A stretch of DNA of 32,000 nt, taken from Psychrobacter cryohalolentis K5. GTDB lineage: Bacteria > Pseudomonadota > Gammaproteobacteria > Pseudomonadales > Moraxellaceae. Shown piece after piece: positions 6,101-14,932 of this stretch (positions are counted from its first letter, which is position 1; each line of letters begins with the position of its first letter). A program made the translations under genes and the position numbers. The stretch is from assembly GCF_000013905.1 (NCBI RefSeq), contig NC_007969.1:1110001-1142000 (forward strand), given 5' to 3'. The notes beneath the pieces are model-generated. The model searched no databases. It saw only the letters and a list, made by a program, of their open reading frames with translations, and was not told the DNA's origin.

Positions 6101-8533
6101 ATGATGACTGAAAATTTTGAAGCAATAGATGTAAATTCTTATTGGTTTGTTGGTGCTGTATATAATGGGATAGACCAAACGTCTCGATTTGTTGAAACAG
6201 GTATCTGGGAGGTTAATCCTGAAGCCAATCAGATTGATTCAGTAAAGTCTATTGAGGCTGGTGATAGGATCGCTATTAAATCAACCTATACTAGAAAAAA
6301 CGAACTACCTTTTGATAATCGAGGCCACACAGTTTCTGTGATGTTAATTAAGGCTATCGGTACCGTTATTGAGAATGTAGGTGACGGTAACCTTTTAAAA
6401 GTAGATTGGGACAACAGCTTTATTGCTAAAGAATGGTATTTTTTCACTAGTCGAAATACAGTTTGGAGAGTCATTCCTGAGACTGCGTTAAGAGTTAATT
6501 TGATTGATTTTGCATTTGACGGTAAAGCTCAAGACATAGATATGTTCCGTAATAATCCTTATTGGCTTGAAAGATTTGGCGATTCACCTTCAGAGCATTC
6601 CGCTTTTGAGTGGACAACTTTCTATGAAGAAATGGCCTCTAAGCTTCTTGCCTTTCGCTATCGTCGTGATGAGCTTGTCACCGGTATTCATAAAATATCT
6701 GAAACAAGTAATGTCATGTCTATTCTTAACGACCAATACGAAGAGGGTGTCGAAGGAGGATTATTAAAAGATATATGTCCTTTTACAGTCATGGCTCTTT
6801 TTAATCGTGGAATCACTGACGATAATCGCAAAATTATAGCTAAAGCATTGGCTGAACTACTTGATTTAACAGAGCCTGTTCCTGAATCTTTTGATGGCAT
6901 TCCTATAGTTAACAACCAAAGGACATGGTTTTTTAGTTATAGCTATAAGCGTCATCCAGATGATATAGATATTCTATGGGAGGTGTTTGCTCAAGCCATC
7001 GCATTTGCCGACTTAGACGGTGAAATTGAAGATGATAGATTCCAGTTTATGGCTGCATATGATAAAGCAACGCACTGCCATAGAGTGGGTTGGAATCTCA
7101 CTATGGGTCTATATTGGATTAGGCCTTGGAAATTCTTAACGCTAGATAGACAATCTCAAGAATACATCAATAAAAAGCTTGATATCGAAATCAATAAAAA
7201 CGGTCCAAAAGCACGCTGTGATGCTAATGATTATTTAAAGTTGTTAGAGAGTTTTGAAACCAGATTTTTAGAAGAAACTTATCCTGTACATTCTTTTCCT
7301 GAACTCTCGCTTGTAGCAGATAAGTATCAGCCTAATGATTTGGAGAAGATATCTAAAAATAACTGGAAATATATTATTCCATCTCAAGTGAAACAGCTCT
7401 GTCATGACAAGCAGTTTAATGAATTTACGGTAGATGAATTTTTAAAAAGGTTTACTAAGGATCTTGAACAAAGATATCCTAAGAACAGTGACGTGAAAAG
7501 AGATATTAAATATGTTTTAAGAGAAATGGCTAAAAATGGAAGTTTGGAGTCACTTAGTAAAGGAGTGTATCGCTTGCTGAATGTAAATATGACCAGTGAT
7601 CTTGATGTTTCAACCTATTCTGAGCTTGATATTCAAACAGTCCCTGATACTTACTCTGCTACTAATATTACATCTGATGGGTGTTTTTTGCCTAAAGCTA
7701 AGATTGAGATGATACTCAAACGTTTTCGAGCTAAGAAAAATCTAATACTACAAGGGCCTCCCGGTACTGGTAAAACTTGGTTGGCTAAAAGATTAGCCTT
7801 TGCTTTAATGGGTCAGCGTGACGATAGCAAAATACGAGCCGTGCAATTTCATCCTAATTTGTCTTATGAAGATTTTATTAGAGGTTGGCGTCCATCAGGT
7901 GAGGGCAAGCTGACATTGGTAGACGGTCCTTTTATGGAAATGATCAAAGCCGCTATTGATGATCCTGAATCAAAGTACGTTATTGTCATCGAAGAGATTA
8001 ACCGAGGTAACCCTGCTCAAGTGTTCGGTGAGATGCTCACACTACTTGAAACCGATAAAAGAACCCCAGACGAAGCGTTAGAGCTGTCTTATAGAAAGTT
8101 CGATGGTGAACGTGTTTATATTCCCAGTAATTTATATGTCATAGGCACAATGAATATAGCTGACCGTTCGCTGGCCTTGGTTGATCTTGCGCTACGTCGT
8201 CGGTTTGCTTTTATTGATCTTGAGCCAACATTAGGCAAGCCATGGCATGATTGGGTTCAATCCAAAAATGGCATTGATTCAACGATTTTAAATGCAATTG
8301 ACAGTCGCATCAGGGCTCTAAATGAGGATATTGCTGCAGATACCAGTCTTGGTGCTCAGTTTCAAATAGGCCATAGCTATGTCACGCCAGCCGTTGGGAT
8401 GAATATAACGGATGCTAAGGAATGGTTTAGTGAGGTGGTACAGACGGAGATTGGTCCTTTACTGGATGAGTACTGGTTTGATGATCTTGAGAAGTCGCAA
8501 AAAGCGCAGAAACGCTTGATTGAAGGTCTGTAA
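6101..8533 (+). CDS. mcrB: McrB-family AAA+ GTPase subunit of a type IV (modification-dependent) restriction system, with a ~530-aa N-terminal extension
   Basis: 810 aa. Walker A LILQGPPGTGKTW, Walker B-like YVIVIEEINRGN, and the McrB-type signature GTMNIADRSLALVDLALRRRFAF, all in the last ~280 aa. A winged-helix-like segment (YVLREMAKNGSLESLSKGVYRL) lies upstream, and the N-terminal ~130 aa look like a small beta-barrel (IEAGDRIAIKSTY...IKAIGTVIE). Immediately followed by mcrC. Confidence 0.9.
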   Translation: MMTENFEAIDVNSYWFVGAVYNGIDQTSRFVETGIWEVNPEANQIDSVKSIEAGDRIAIKSTYTRKNELPFDNRGHTVSVMLIKAIGTVIENVGDGNLLKVDWDNSFIAKEWYFFTSRNTVWRVIPETALRVNLIDFAFDGKAQDIDMFRNNPYWLERFGDSPSEHSAFEWTTFYEEMASKLLAFRYRRDELVTGIHKISETSNVMSILNDQYEEGVEGGLLKDICPFTVMALFNRGITDDNRKIIAKALAELLDLTEPVPESFDGIPIVNNQRTWFFSYSYKRHPDDIDILWEVFAQAIAFADLDGEIEDDRFQFMAAYDKATHCHRVGWNLTMGLYWIRPWKFLTLDRQSQEYINKKLDIEINKNGPKARCDANDYLKLLESFETRFLEETYPVHSFPELSLVADKYQPNDLEKISKNNWKYIIPSQVKQLCHDKQFNEFTVDEFLKRFTKDLEQRYPKNSDVKRDIKYVLREMAKNGSLESLSKGVYRLLNVNMTSDLDVSTYSELDIQTVPDTYSATNITSDGCFLPKAKIEMILKRFRAKKNLILQGPPGTGKTWLAKRLAFALMGQRDDSKIRAVQFHPNLSYEDFIRGWRPSGEGKLTLVDGPFMEMIKAAIDDPESKYVIVIEEINRGNPAQVFGEMLTLLETDKRTPDEALELSYRKFDGERVYIPSNLYVIGTMNIADRSLALVDLALRRRFAFIDLEPTLGKPWHDWVQSKNGIDSTILNAIDSRIRALNEDIAADTSLGAQFQIGHSYVTPAVGMNITDAKEWFSEVVQTEIGPLLDEYWFDDLEKSQKAQKRLIEGL

Positions 8534-8537
8534 GTCT

Positions 8538-9662
8538 ATGTCTATTGAAATAGATTCGCTGTCTGAATATTATGATGAGATCAAGTCTATAGGCAAAATA
8601 CCTATACGCAACCTTTGGCTGCTTATGCTTTATGCCTCGGATATGTATAGAGAGTTTGAAGCGGCTAAGATTTCAGTTGAAAATAATCCTGATGATATTC
8701 CAGACCTAATTGCAGAAATGCTCTGTCGACGAGTTGAGCATCGGATTCAGCGTAATTTGAGTTATAGTTATCAGTCTCGAGATGCTGTGCTCAATCGTGT
8801 CCGAGGTAGAATAGATCTGCTTAGCACTGAGAGAAATAGATTGCTTGATCGTGGTAAAGTCGCTTGTCATTTTGATGAGTTAACCCTTGATACCTCGCGT
8901 AATAGATATGTCCGTGCTGCCTTAGAGAGTATTTCTAAGATTGTAAAAAATAAGGATTTAGCTCATAGGTGTCGATCACTAGATGTTCGCTTAAGGCGCA
9001 TGGGAGTCAGTCAGACACGTCCAAGTCGCAGTCAAGTCTCAGTAGATCGCTTTGGACGGCATGATGCTGAAGATCAACCTATGGTTACCGCCGCTCATCT
9101 AGCTTTTAATCTTGCGCTACCGACTGAGTTTGAAGGTACAAAGCAGTTAAACTCACCAGAGAGAGATAATTTACCCTGGCTTCGTAAGCTTTTTGAAAAA
9201 GGAGTTGCTGGGTTCTATGACACGGTCTTGTCAAAGCAGAGCTATCGTATAAGCGCTGGCAAAACTCTGAGATGGCAAATAAAGGATAAGAGCTTAGGCA
9301 TTGATAAGATACTTCCTAACATGAGAACAGATATCTTAATAGATGATATGGAATTAGGACATCGCTTAGTCATTGATACTAAGTTCAACGCTGTCGTAAT
9401 CAATGGTTGGTATAGAGATGAAACCTTACGTAGTGGTTATCTATATCAGATGTACGCCTATTTAAGATCGCAAGAAGGTAATGGCGACCTACTCAATGAA
9501 ACTGCTTCCGGATTACTACTTCATCCCTCTGTAGGTAAAAACGTTAATGAGTACATCGTCATGCAAAATCATAAAATTCAGTTCGCTACTGTCGATCTAG
9601 CAGCGACTGCAATTGAGATTAGAGAGCAGCTATTACAAGTTATTGGTGTTGAGCAAAATTAA
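8538..9662 (+). CDS. mcrC: McrC-family nuclease subunit
   Basis: Follows mcrB within a few nt. Size (~375 aa) is typical of McrC. N-terminal IPIRNLWLLMLYASD and a C-terminal PD-(D/E)xK-like RTDILIDD...LVIDTKFN. The track ORF starts at TTG 8520 and overlaps mcrB. ATG 8538 with GAAGG upstream is the more likely start. Confidence 0.85.
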   Translation: MSIEIDSLSEYYDEIKSIGKIPIRNLWLLMLYASDMYREFEAAKISVENNPDDIPDLIAEMLCRRVEHRIQRNLSYSYQSRDAVLNRVRGRIDLLSTERNRLLDRGKVACHFDELTLDTSRNRYVRAALESISKIVKNKDLAHRCRSLDVRLRRMGVSQTRPSRSQVSVDRFGRHDAEDQPMVTAAHLAFNLALPTEFEGTKQLNSPERDNLPWLRKLFEKGVAGFYDTVLSKQSYRISAGKTLRWQIKDKSLGIDKILPNMRTDILIDDMELGHRLVIDTKFNAVVINGWYRDETLRSGYLYQMYAYLRSQEGNGDLLNETASGLLLHPSVGKNVNEYIVMQNHKIQFATVDLAATAIEIREQLLQVIGVEQN

Positions 9663-9796
9663 ATTTTGATCTCGGCATAGCTTAAAAATTTATAGCATTT
9701 TGAGTTCTCACTTTTTGTATTAAGTAAATTTGAAGCTAGGTTGATTAAAGGTGAGTATAAATTGACAATAACTGATATAAAACTTGGCAGCTAGAT

Positions 9797-10543
9797 ATGA
9801 GTGAGTCAATGGAAATTTTAAGGTTGTTTGAATCAGATGACCGAATGAATAAATTCCAAAATTTATTTAAACAGCTCATCTATGTTCTGTCAGAAGAAAA
9901 CATTAAGTATGTGATTATTGGCACAGTGGCATACTCAGAGTATGCACCTCCTCGTGCGACCAACAACATTAATTTCATGATCTCTGAAAGTGACTGCTGT
10001 AAACTTGAAAGCGTCCTTAAAGAACATGGGATTGATTTTATATGGAATGCCTACCAACAGCTCATCATTGCCGTCAAAGATGATAGTGATGAGACTAAAA
10101 AATATCCTCTCGAACTTTCATTTCAACGCGCCCCTAAAGGTCTTACAGTTAATCGGCCCATACCTAAAGAGATATTTGGTGTGGCTGATGTACCTGTTGC
10201 TAGCCCTGAAGTATTAGTAGCGTTATGGTGTCTAGCAGTCATTAATGGTAATCCTAAGTCTTATTACGACGCTCAGATGGTGATTAAGCTACAGCTAGCA
10301 GACGTTGATAGATGCGCTGCTGTGATTGACAGTCTTCTTGAGAGTGATGCGAATAAAGTATTGCGTTCAATTCTCACAGGTAATGCTATGTATGTCGATA
10401 CGATCAATATGGGTGAAGCGCTTATTCTACCGTCTGATCTAATCCAGACTCATGAAGAGATTGAGTTGGTTAAAGCTCATCGCTATAACGCTGTGCAAGA
10501 GCGTCGGCGTCAATTGTGTAAGGCAATACAACAGACAAAATAA
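9797..10543 (+). CDS. hypothetical protein, possible degenerate minimal nucleotidyltransferase fold
   Basis: 248-aa ORF. YVIIGTVAYSEYAPPRATNNINFMI resembles the G-x-A...R-x-T-x-D-hDh strand-loop of small NTase-fold proteins (AbiEii/DUF6036-like), but with N-I-N where D-x-D is expected. VPVASPEVLVALW resembles the following 'spedLi..K' helix. This is a low-confidence fold call. The ORF itself looks real by length and codon usage. Confidence 0.55.
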   Translation: MSESMEILRLFESDDRMNKFQNLFKQLIYVLSEENIKYVIIGTVAYSEYAPPRATNNINFMISESDCCKLESVLKEHGIDFIWNAYQQLIIAVKDDSDETKKYPLELSFQRAPKGLTVNRPIPKEIFGVADVPVASPEVLVALWCLAVINGNPKSYYDAQMVIKLQLADVDRCAAVIDSLLESDANKVLRSILTGNAMYVDTINMGEALILPSDLIQTHEEIELVKAHRYNAVQERRRQLCKAIQQTK

Positions 10544-10657
10544 GGTGATCGTTTTCGTTTTTATTATACTGAGCTTATAAACCGGTGGAATGGTCGAATA
10601 ATAAAAGCGCTAGTTGATGGTACGCATATTTAAGCAGACTGCTCTAATGATCCCTGC

Positions 10658-10693
10658 TGTCAAATCCGTAGAAACAAATTTGGGAGATTTTAG
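10658..10693. repeat. IS terminal repeat copy 1 (TGTCAAATCCGTAGAAACAAATTTGGGAGATTTTAG)
   Basis: Matches copy 2 at 31 of the first 35 positions by hand alignment, in direct orientation. Confidence 0.75.
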
Positions 10694-10768
10694 TTACGCA
10701 GCCTGACGATAGTAATCAAACCACATCTGTATTGGCGTTTTATAGGCTAAATTTTTTTTGACCTCTAT

Positions 10769-10803
10769 TGTCAAATCTGTAGAAATTAACTTGGGAGATT
10801 TTA
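10769..10803. repeat. IS terminal repeat copy 2 (TGTCAAATCTGTAGAAATTAACTTGGGAGATTTTA)
   Basis: Direct repeat of 10658-10692, located 111 bp downstream. Confidence 0.75.
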
Positions 10804-11230
10804 TTATGGCTAAGCGACAGTAGTTGTCGTACACCCTATTTTATTCCCTTTCTTTCCACTGGTTTTTATACTATAGTTATTGAGTTAGGAAGAAATAACG
10901 AAACATCGTGACATAGAGTTAAGCCTCGAAGCGCAACGCTTCACCTTATAGCTCTGCTATTTTCGTTAACATTAAAAAGCTCTTAATTGATATTAACTAC
11001 TACCATTCTAATTATCAATAAACATAAGCAATCAAACGTAGCCCGCATAAAAATGCTGGTAATAAACCTCTTTTTGTCAAAAAAATAAGCTTAAAAAAAT
11101 TAACTCACTCATCTTGCCCCTACAACGTTGCTCAAAAAGCTGCGAGTAGACACGGCTGACTTAAAGCTTTGACTACCATAATTAAAAAACGCTACTAGCA
11201 AACTACCTTTAAAATAATAAGGACAATCCT

Positions 11231-12136
11231 ATGACGAATACAAAATGTATTTTCGAGAAAAAACGCATAGACAATGTACAGTGGTCAGGTGTATCAAGAA
11301 TATCAAGTTTACCGTCACTACCGAATGATGGTAAATCCCCACCACTTAAAATTCCGTTGTTCTATCTGACTAGCGTGTCTATTAACGATTATGAAGATGA
11401 TATCTATTTTGTTAATAATACCGATCAGACGCTACACTTTGTAGCGCCATTTAAGCTATATCAGAACTTAAATGAAGCGGGTGCCAAGCTCGGTGATGTC
11501 AGTGTTGAAAATCTAAATAAAGTGACGTTTTATAGCAATGATATGGACCGGTTATACACTGACGTACTTCCCAATCAAGGCGTGCGTATTGATAGTACTC
11601 ATATCATTTATGACAGTGATTATTTGATACAGCACTTTATTCATGTTCCGTTTAAGGGGCTTGATACCCATTATGGTATTTGGCGCTTTAACGTGGTTGA
11701 AAAAGGTGGGATTGGTCAGAGCTATCCACTATTGTGGGATGACTTTAGTAAGCCCTCACATATGGTCAGTTGTGACTGTATGTCTGAGCGAGGTGAGATA
11801 CCGATAGAGCCTTCAGTGTATGAAGAACGCTGTTGGGTATTAGATAGTCTGATCCAGTCTCTTGGTGTGACTAATGCCATATTTATACTGGCTATTAATG
11901 ATGTACTGTACCGTTATTGTGTGGGCTGGAGCGCGCCCTATAACGAGTCTGATATACAGGCAAAAGACATTGCCCGTAAATTACAAGAGCTAAAGCCTAG
12001 CGATGCTGATGCGGTAGAAGAGATTATCCAAGCCGTTTATGATTTCTGGTTTAACGTGGGCTTTGCTAAGAATATTCCGGTGGAGGCTTGCGCGGAGATT
12101 TTAGATTTGTATAAAGAGTGGATGGCTAATAATTAA
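11231..12136 (+). CDS. hypothetical protein (no family recognised)
   Basis: 301-aa ORF with a good SD (AAGGA 7 nt upstream of the ATG). Followed 14 nt later by the hydrolase gene. No motif recognised. Confidence 0.7.
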   Translation: MTNTKCIFEKKRIDNVQWSGVSRISSLPSLPNDGKSPPLKIPLFYLTSVSINDYEDDIYFVNNTDQTLHFVAPFKLYQNLNEAGAKLGDVSVENLNKVTFYSNDMDRLYTDVLPNQGVRIDSTHIIYDSDYLIQHFIHVPFKGLDTHYGIWRFNVVEKGGIGQSYPLLWDDFSKPSHMVSCDCMSERGEIPIEPSVYEERCWVLDSLIQSLGVTNAIFILAINDVLYRYCVGWSAPYNESDIQAKDIARKLQELKPSDADAVEEIIQAVYDFWFNVGFAKNIPVEACAEILDLYKEWMANN

Positions 12137-12150
12137 AAAAGGAGAAAGCC

Positions 12151-12735
12151 ATGATGTTTCCCATTGAAAATAACGACACATTTTTACTATTCTTTCACGG
12201 TCTTGATTCAAGCTGTGAGACCAATAAATACACCTGTATTAAACGTGAGCCCAAATATTGCCAAACCGTCAATTATAGAGATGATTTCGAAGAGATTTTC
12301 AATATTTATGACATATTAATTCAAGAAAAAATGAAGCAGTATCCGCGAGTAGTATTAGCAGGGCACTCACTTGGTGGATGGTTTGCCAATCATTTTGCGC
12401 ATAAATACAATCTGCGTGCGCTATTGATTGCGCCCTGCATTTATCCTAGTGAGGTATTAGCCGATCGTATTCCGCAAGTCGCTGATATGAAATTGTCTTT
12501 TCCCACCTCAAATACTGAAATGGTACGAGTGATGATAGAGGTCGATGATGAGTCTTTGGATGTGGCCGTCGCTAGACGAACGTTAGTGAATTTACCTGAC
12601 AGCTGGGAGGTGGAGTATTTTGAGAATGGTCATCACCGTATTGCCCGCAGTGAAGATATTTGGTATCACTTAGTTCACCTGTGCGAAGATCCCATTATCT
12701 GGATGGATGAGGCGACGTATCATGGGGAAGAATAA
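12151..12735 (+). CDS. small alpha/beta-hydrolase, YqiA/UPF0227-like esterase
   Basis: 194 aa with a strong SD (AGGAG). FFHGLDSS oxyanion-type start, nucleophile elbow AGHSLGGW (GxSxG), and C-terminal ENGHHRI as candidate catalytic His. Size and motif order match YqiA-like esterases. Confidence 0.75.
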   Translation: MMFPIENNDTFLLFFHGLDSSCETNKYTCIKREPKYCQTVNYRDDFEEIFNIYDILIQEKMKQYPRVVLAGHSLGGWFANHFAHKYNLRALLIAPCIYPSEVLADRIPQVADMKLSFPTSNTEMVRVMIEVDDESLDVAVARRTLVNLPDSWEVEYFENGHHRIARSEDIWYHLVHLCEDPIIWMDEATYHGEE

Positions 12736-12858
12736 CCGATACTACAATTATTGATTAAATCGCCTGATATTTAACTAATTTTATATTCTAACCTAGAATA
12801 TATATTTCTAGGTTGCTTGTTATGATAGCTACTATGATAAACACATAGGCTTATCGTT

Positions 12859-13716
12859 ATGACTGCTTCCCTAAATAACAGTCCTTCAAAAGCTAATCTC
12901 TCTATAGCACAAGCCTGTGCAATCACCTTCCAAGGTAATGCCAGTAATGACCTACAACAAGATGCTTTTTTCTTTTTGGACAATTGGTATCAAGAAGACT
13001 TAGGGGTGATGGCAGTGACACCAGTGGCATCTCCTTTTTGCTTAGCAGTGTCTGATGGTGTGGCAAGCTCTAATCATTCACAGCACTGCTCAAAGGCAGT
13101 GGTGAAAGCAATTAGCCGGTTATGGAGTGAGCGGAAGAGCATCCGTTCAGACAGTATTCATCAGCTGATTAATCAAGCCAAACATTCATCTAAGCGTCAT
13201 GATGCAGCGGCAACCCTCGCGATGGTAGTGGGAGAAGTAAATAGTGAAGGCTTAGTAAAGGCAACGATAACCCATGTAGGGGATAGTCGTGTTTACTGGC
13301 TACCCGAAGGCACGTCACAATGGCAATGTCTGACTCGTGATCATAACTTGCTAAATGAACTCATTGATCAGCAGGCACAGGAGCAAGGTCGGCAAGCGGA
13401 GTTTTCTGACTATAACCGAGAAGGAATGGCGGGGAGTCTGTATAGCATTACTGAGTGCTTTGCCTTAACCACTGATGACAGCTATATAAGCAGTGAAGCA
13501 CCAGAAGCCAACTCTTGCACTATTGATGTTAATAGTGGCGACTGTCTCTTGGTTTGTACGGATGGTATTCATGACTTAGTGCCAAGTCATAACTGGCAAA
13601 CTGTCAGTGCACAGACAGATTTGCAGGAGTGGCTCATCACTCTTAAAAATCAGGTCTATGACTCCGATGGCAATGCTTATGATAATGGCACCGCAATTGT
13701 GGTTCGTTTTGATTGA
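12859..13716 (+). CDS. PP2C-family (PPM) Ser/Thr protein phosphatase
   Basis: 285 aa. PPM motifs in the right order: AVSDGVASS, THVGDSRVYW, LLVCTDGIHDLV, DNGTAIVVRF. Confidence 0.85.
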   Translation: MTASLNNSPSKANLSIAQACAITFQGNASNDLQQDAFFFLDNWYQEDLGVMAVTPVASPFCLAVSDGVASSNHSQHCSKAVVKAISRLWSERKSIRSDSIHQLINQAKHSSKRHDAAATLAMVVGEVNSEGLVKATITHVGDSRVYWLPEGTSQWQCLTRDHNLLNELIDQQAQEQGRQAEFSDYNREGMAGSLYSITECFALTTDDSYISSEAPEANSCTIDVNSGDCLLVCTDGIHDLVPSHNWQTVSAQTDLQEWLITLKNQVYDSDGNAYDNGTAIVVRFD

Positions 13717-14858
13717 ACATTTATCTTAATAATAAAGTGATGAGCTCATCACGTAATAGAGTAAATACTATGTCCACGCATCCAATCGCCAGCTATACAA
13801 AGTCGACACGTCTATTTGCTTTATATCAATGTCTGCCTCGTAGTGAAGCGGATGCTGTGTCACTGACAGAGTTGATGATTGGTTATGGTGATAATCCAGA
13901 TAATTTCGCTAATGAGCGTAAAAACTTAGAGAACGATCTGATTGGCTTAAATCAAATCTTTAACGGTATTTTTTATAGTGATGCATTAGTTCGAGTACCG
14001 GAATGGGGGCAAAATATCAGCGGACAAACAGCACGCTTTTATATTGAACCGAGCTTTAGTATCGACGTTCTTAACGAGCAAACAGTGTTCTTTTGGGAGA
14101 TGCTTGATAAATATACCGCAAACTATTTACCAGTGTCTTTTAAACAAGGAATCACAGATAAGCTCACCCAATTAGGCCGGCACAATAAGGATGGTTTCCA
14201 TCAAAGTAAGCTTGGGCAATGGCAAGATTATCTCATCACTTTACCTAGTATTGTGCAAGCACCGACGCTTAATAATGAGGTGGTTGCAAGTATTCATCAA
14301 GCTTTGCTACAAAATCATCAACTACGGATAATCTATCAAAAGAAATGGGCAGGAGAGTCAGCTGTAAGAGTGGTATATCCCAAAGGGCTTATCTTCATCG
14401 ACAATATGGTTTATCTCACAGGCTTTGATCCTACTGATGATCATATCGATGATGAAGCACTGTTAAAAGCGCATCGTAATTTTGCAATCAATCGTATTAC
14501 CGAGGCAGTAGTCATAGATAAGCCGATACCTGACTGGGTAGGGCGAGATACTTTTTCATTAGAGCATTTGCATAAACTGGGTAGGTTAGAGCCGACTGAT
14601 AGTGCACAGATCAAACTGGTTTTAGAGGTACAAAGATATGCCTGTCAGCATTTATACGAGCGTCCGTTATCGATAGATCAAAAAATTATTGCTATCGATG
14701 ACACTTGGAATCAAGTCAGTGCCACTGTTGCCAATACGCTTCGTCTGCAAGATTGGCTGGTAAGTATGTCACAGTTGTCTGTTGTCATTGAGCCACCAGT
14801 GCTAAAAACCGTAATTCTAGAGCGCTTACATAGTGCGTTAGAGTTATATGGAGATTAA
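13713..14858 (+). CDS. HTH-WYL-WCX transcriptional regulator (BrxR/CapW/PafBC-like architecture)
   Basis: N-terminal wHTH-like RLFALYQCLPRSEADAVSLTELM. WYL domain LRIIYQKKWAGESAVRVVYPKGLIFIDNMVYLTGFD...HRNFAINRITEA. C-terminal extension ...LRLQDWLVSMSQLSVVIEPPVLKTVILERL, typical of the WCX domain. The track start is TTG 13713 (4-nt overlap with the PP2C stop). ATG 13740 or ATG 13770 are alternative starts. Confidence 0.8.
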   Translation: MNIYLNNKVMSSSRNRVNTMSTHPIASYTKSTRLFALYQCLPRSEADAVSLTELMIGYGDNPDNFANERKNLENDLIGLNQIFNGIFYSDALVRVPEWGQNISGQTARFYIEPSFSIDVLNEQTVFFWEMLDKYTANYLPVSFKQGITDKLTQLGRHNKDGFHQSKLGQWQDYLITLPSIVQAPTLNNEVVASIHQALLQNHQLRIIYQKKWAGESAVRVVYPKGLIFIDNMVYLTGFDPTDDHIDDEALLKAHRNFAINRITEAVVIDKPIPDWVGRDTFSLEHLHKLGRLEPTDSAQIKLVLEVQRYACQHLYERPLSIDQKIIAIDDTWNQVSATVANTLRLQDWLVSMSQLSVVIEPPVLKTVILERLHSALELYGD

Positions 14859-14932
14859 GATTCAGTTATTAATAATGTGATCTTAAATTATTTAACGAAG
14901 AGTTGATTCTCAACTTTAACAGGAAGTTTAAA

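Larger units (their letters stand above)
10658..10835 (-). mobile_element. IS-element scar: two truncated, same-orientation IS ends, each with a terminal repeat and the last codons of a transposase
   Basis: The minus strand of about 10694-10760 reads ...KNLAYKTPIQMWFDYYRQAA-stop, a typical DDE transposase C-terminal tail. It runs directly into the 35-bp terminal sequence ending at 10658. A second related end (10769-10835) repeats the terminal sequence and a diverged copy of the last codons. No transposase body is present. Confidence 0.6.

Noticed and set aside
6286-6915. Small ORFs 6286-6474 (-), 6567-6767 (+) and 6688-6915 (-) within mcrB; also 9990-10217 (+) within the 9797-10543 ORF
   Set aside because: They are fully embedded in longer ORFs that have recognisable motifs or better coding character. 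No independent start signals.
8520-8537. Upstream non-ATG starts proposed by the ORF track (TTG 8520 for mcrC, TTG 14903 for the short LRR gene, GTG 27823 for zorA)
   Set aside because: In each case an in-frame ATG a few codons downstream has a better-placed purine-rich SD (GAAGG, AGGAAG, AGGTGA). The extensions add only non-conserved residues. They cannot be excluded without N-terminal data.
10544-11230. Possible tRNA, integrase attachment site or small RNA in the 687-bp gene-free region
   Set aside because: I could find no cloverleaf-compatible sequence or T-loop consensus (GTTCRANYC). The only structured elements are the two IS-end repeats and a trivial 6-bp hairpin (GAAGCG-CAA-CGCTTC near 10927-10941).
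12771-12983. 70-aa minus-strand ORF spanning the hydrolase/PP2C intergenic region and the PP2C 5' end
   Set aside because: It overlaps the well-supported PP2C start and contains the intergenic hairpin. Its K/C/S-rich N-terminus looks like off-frame noise.
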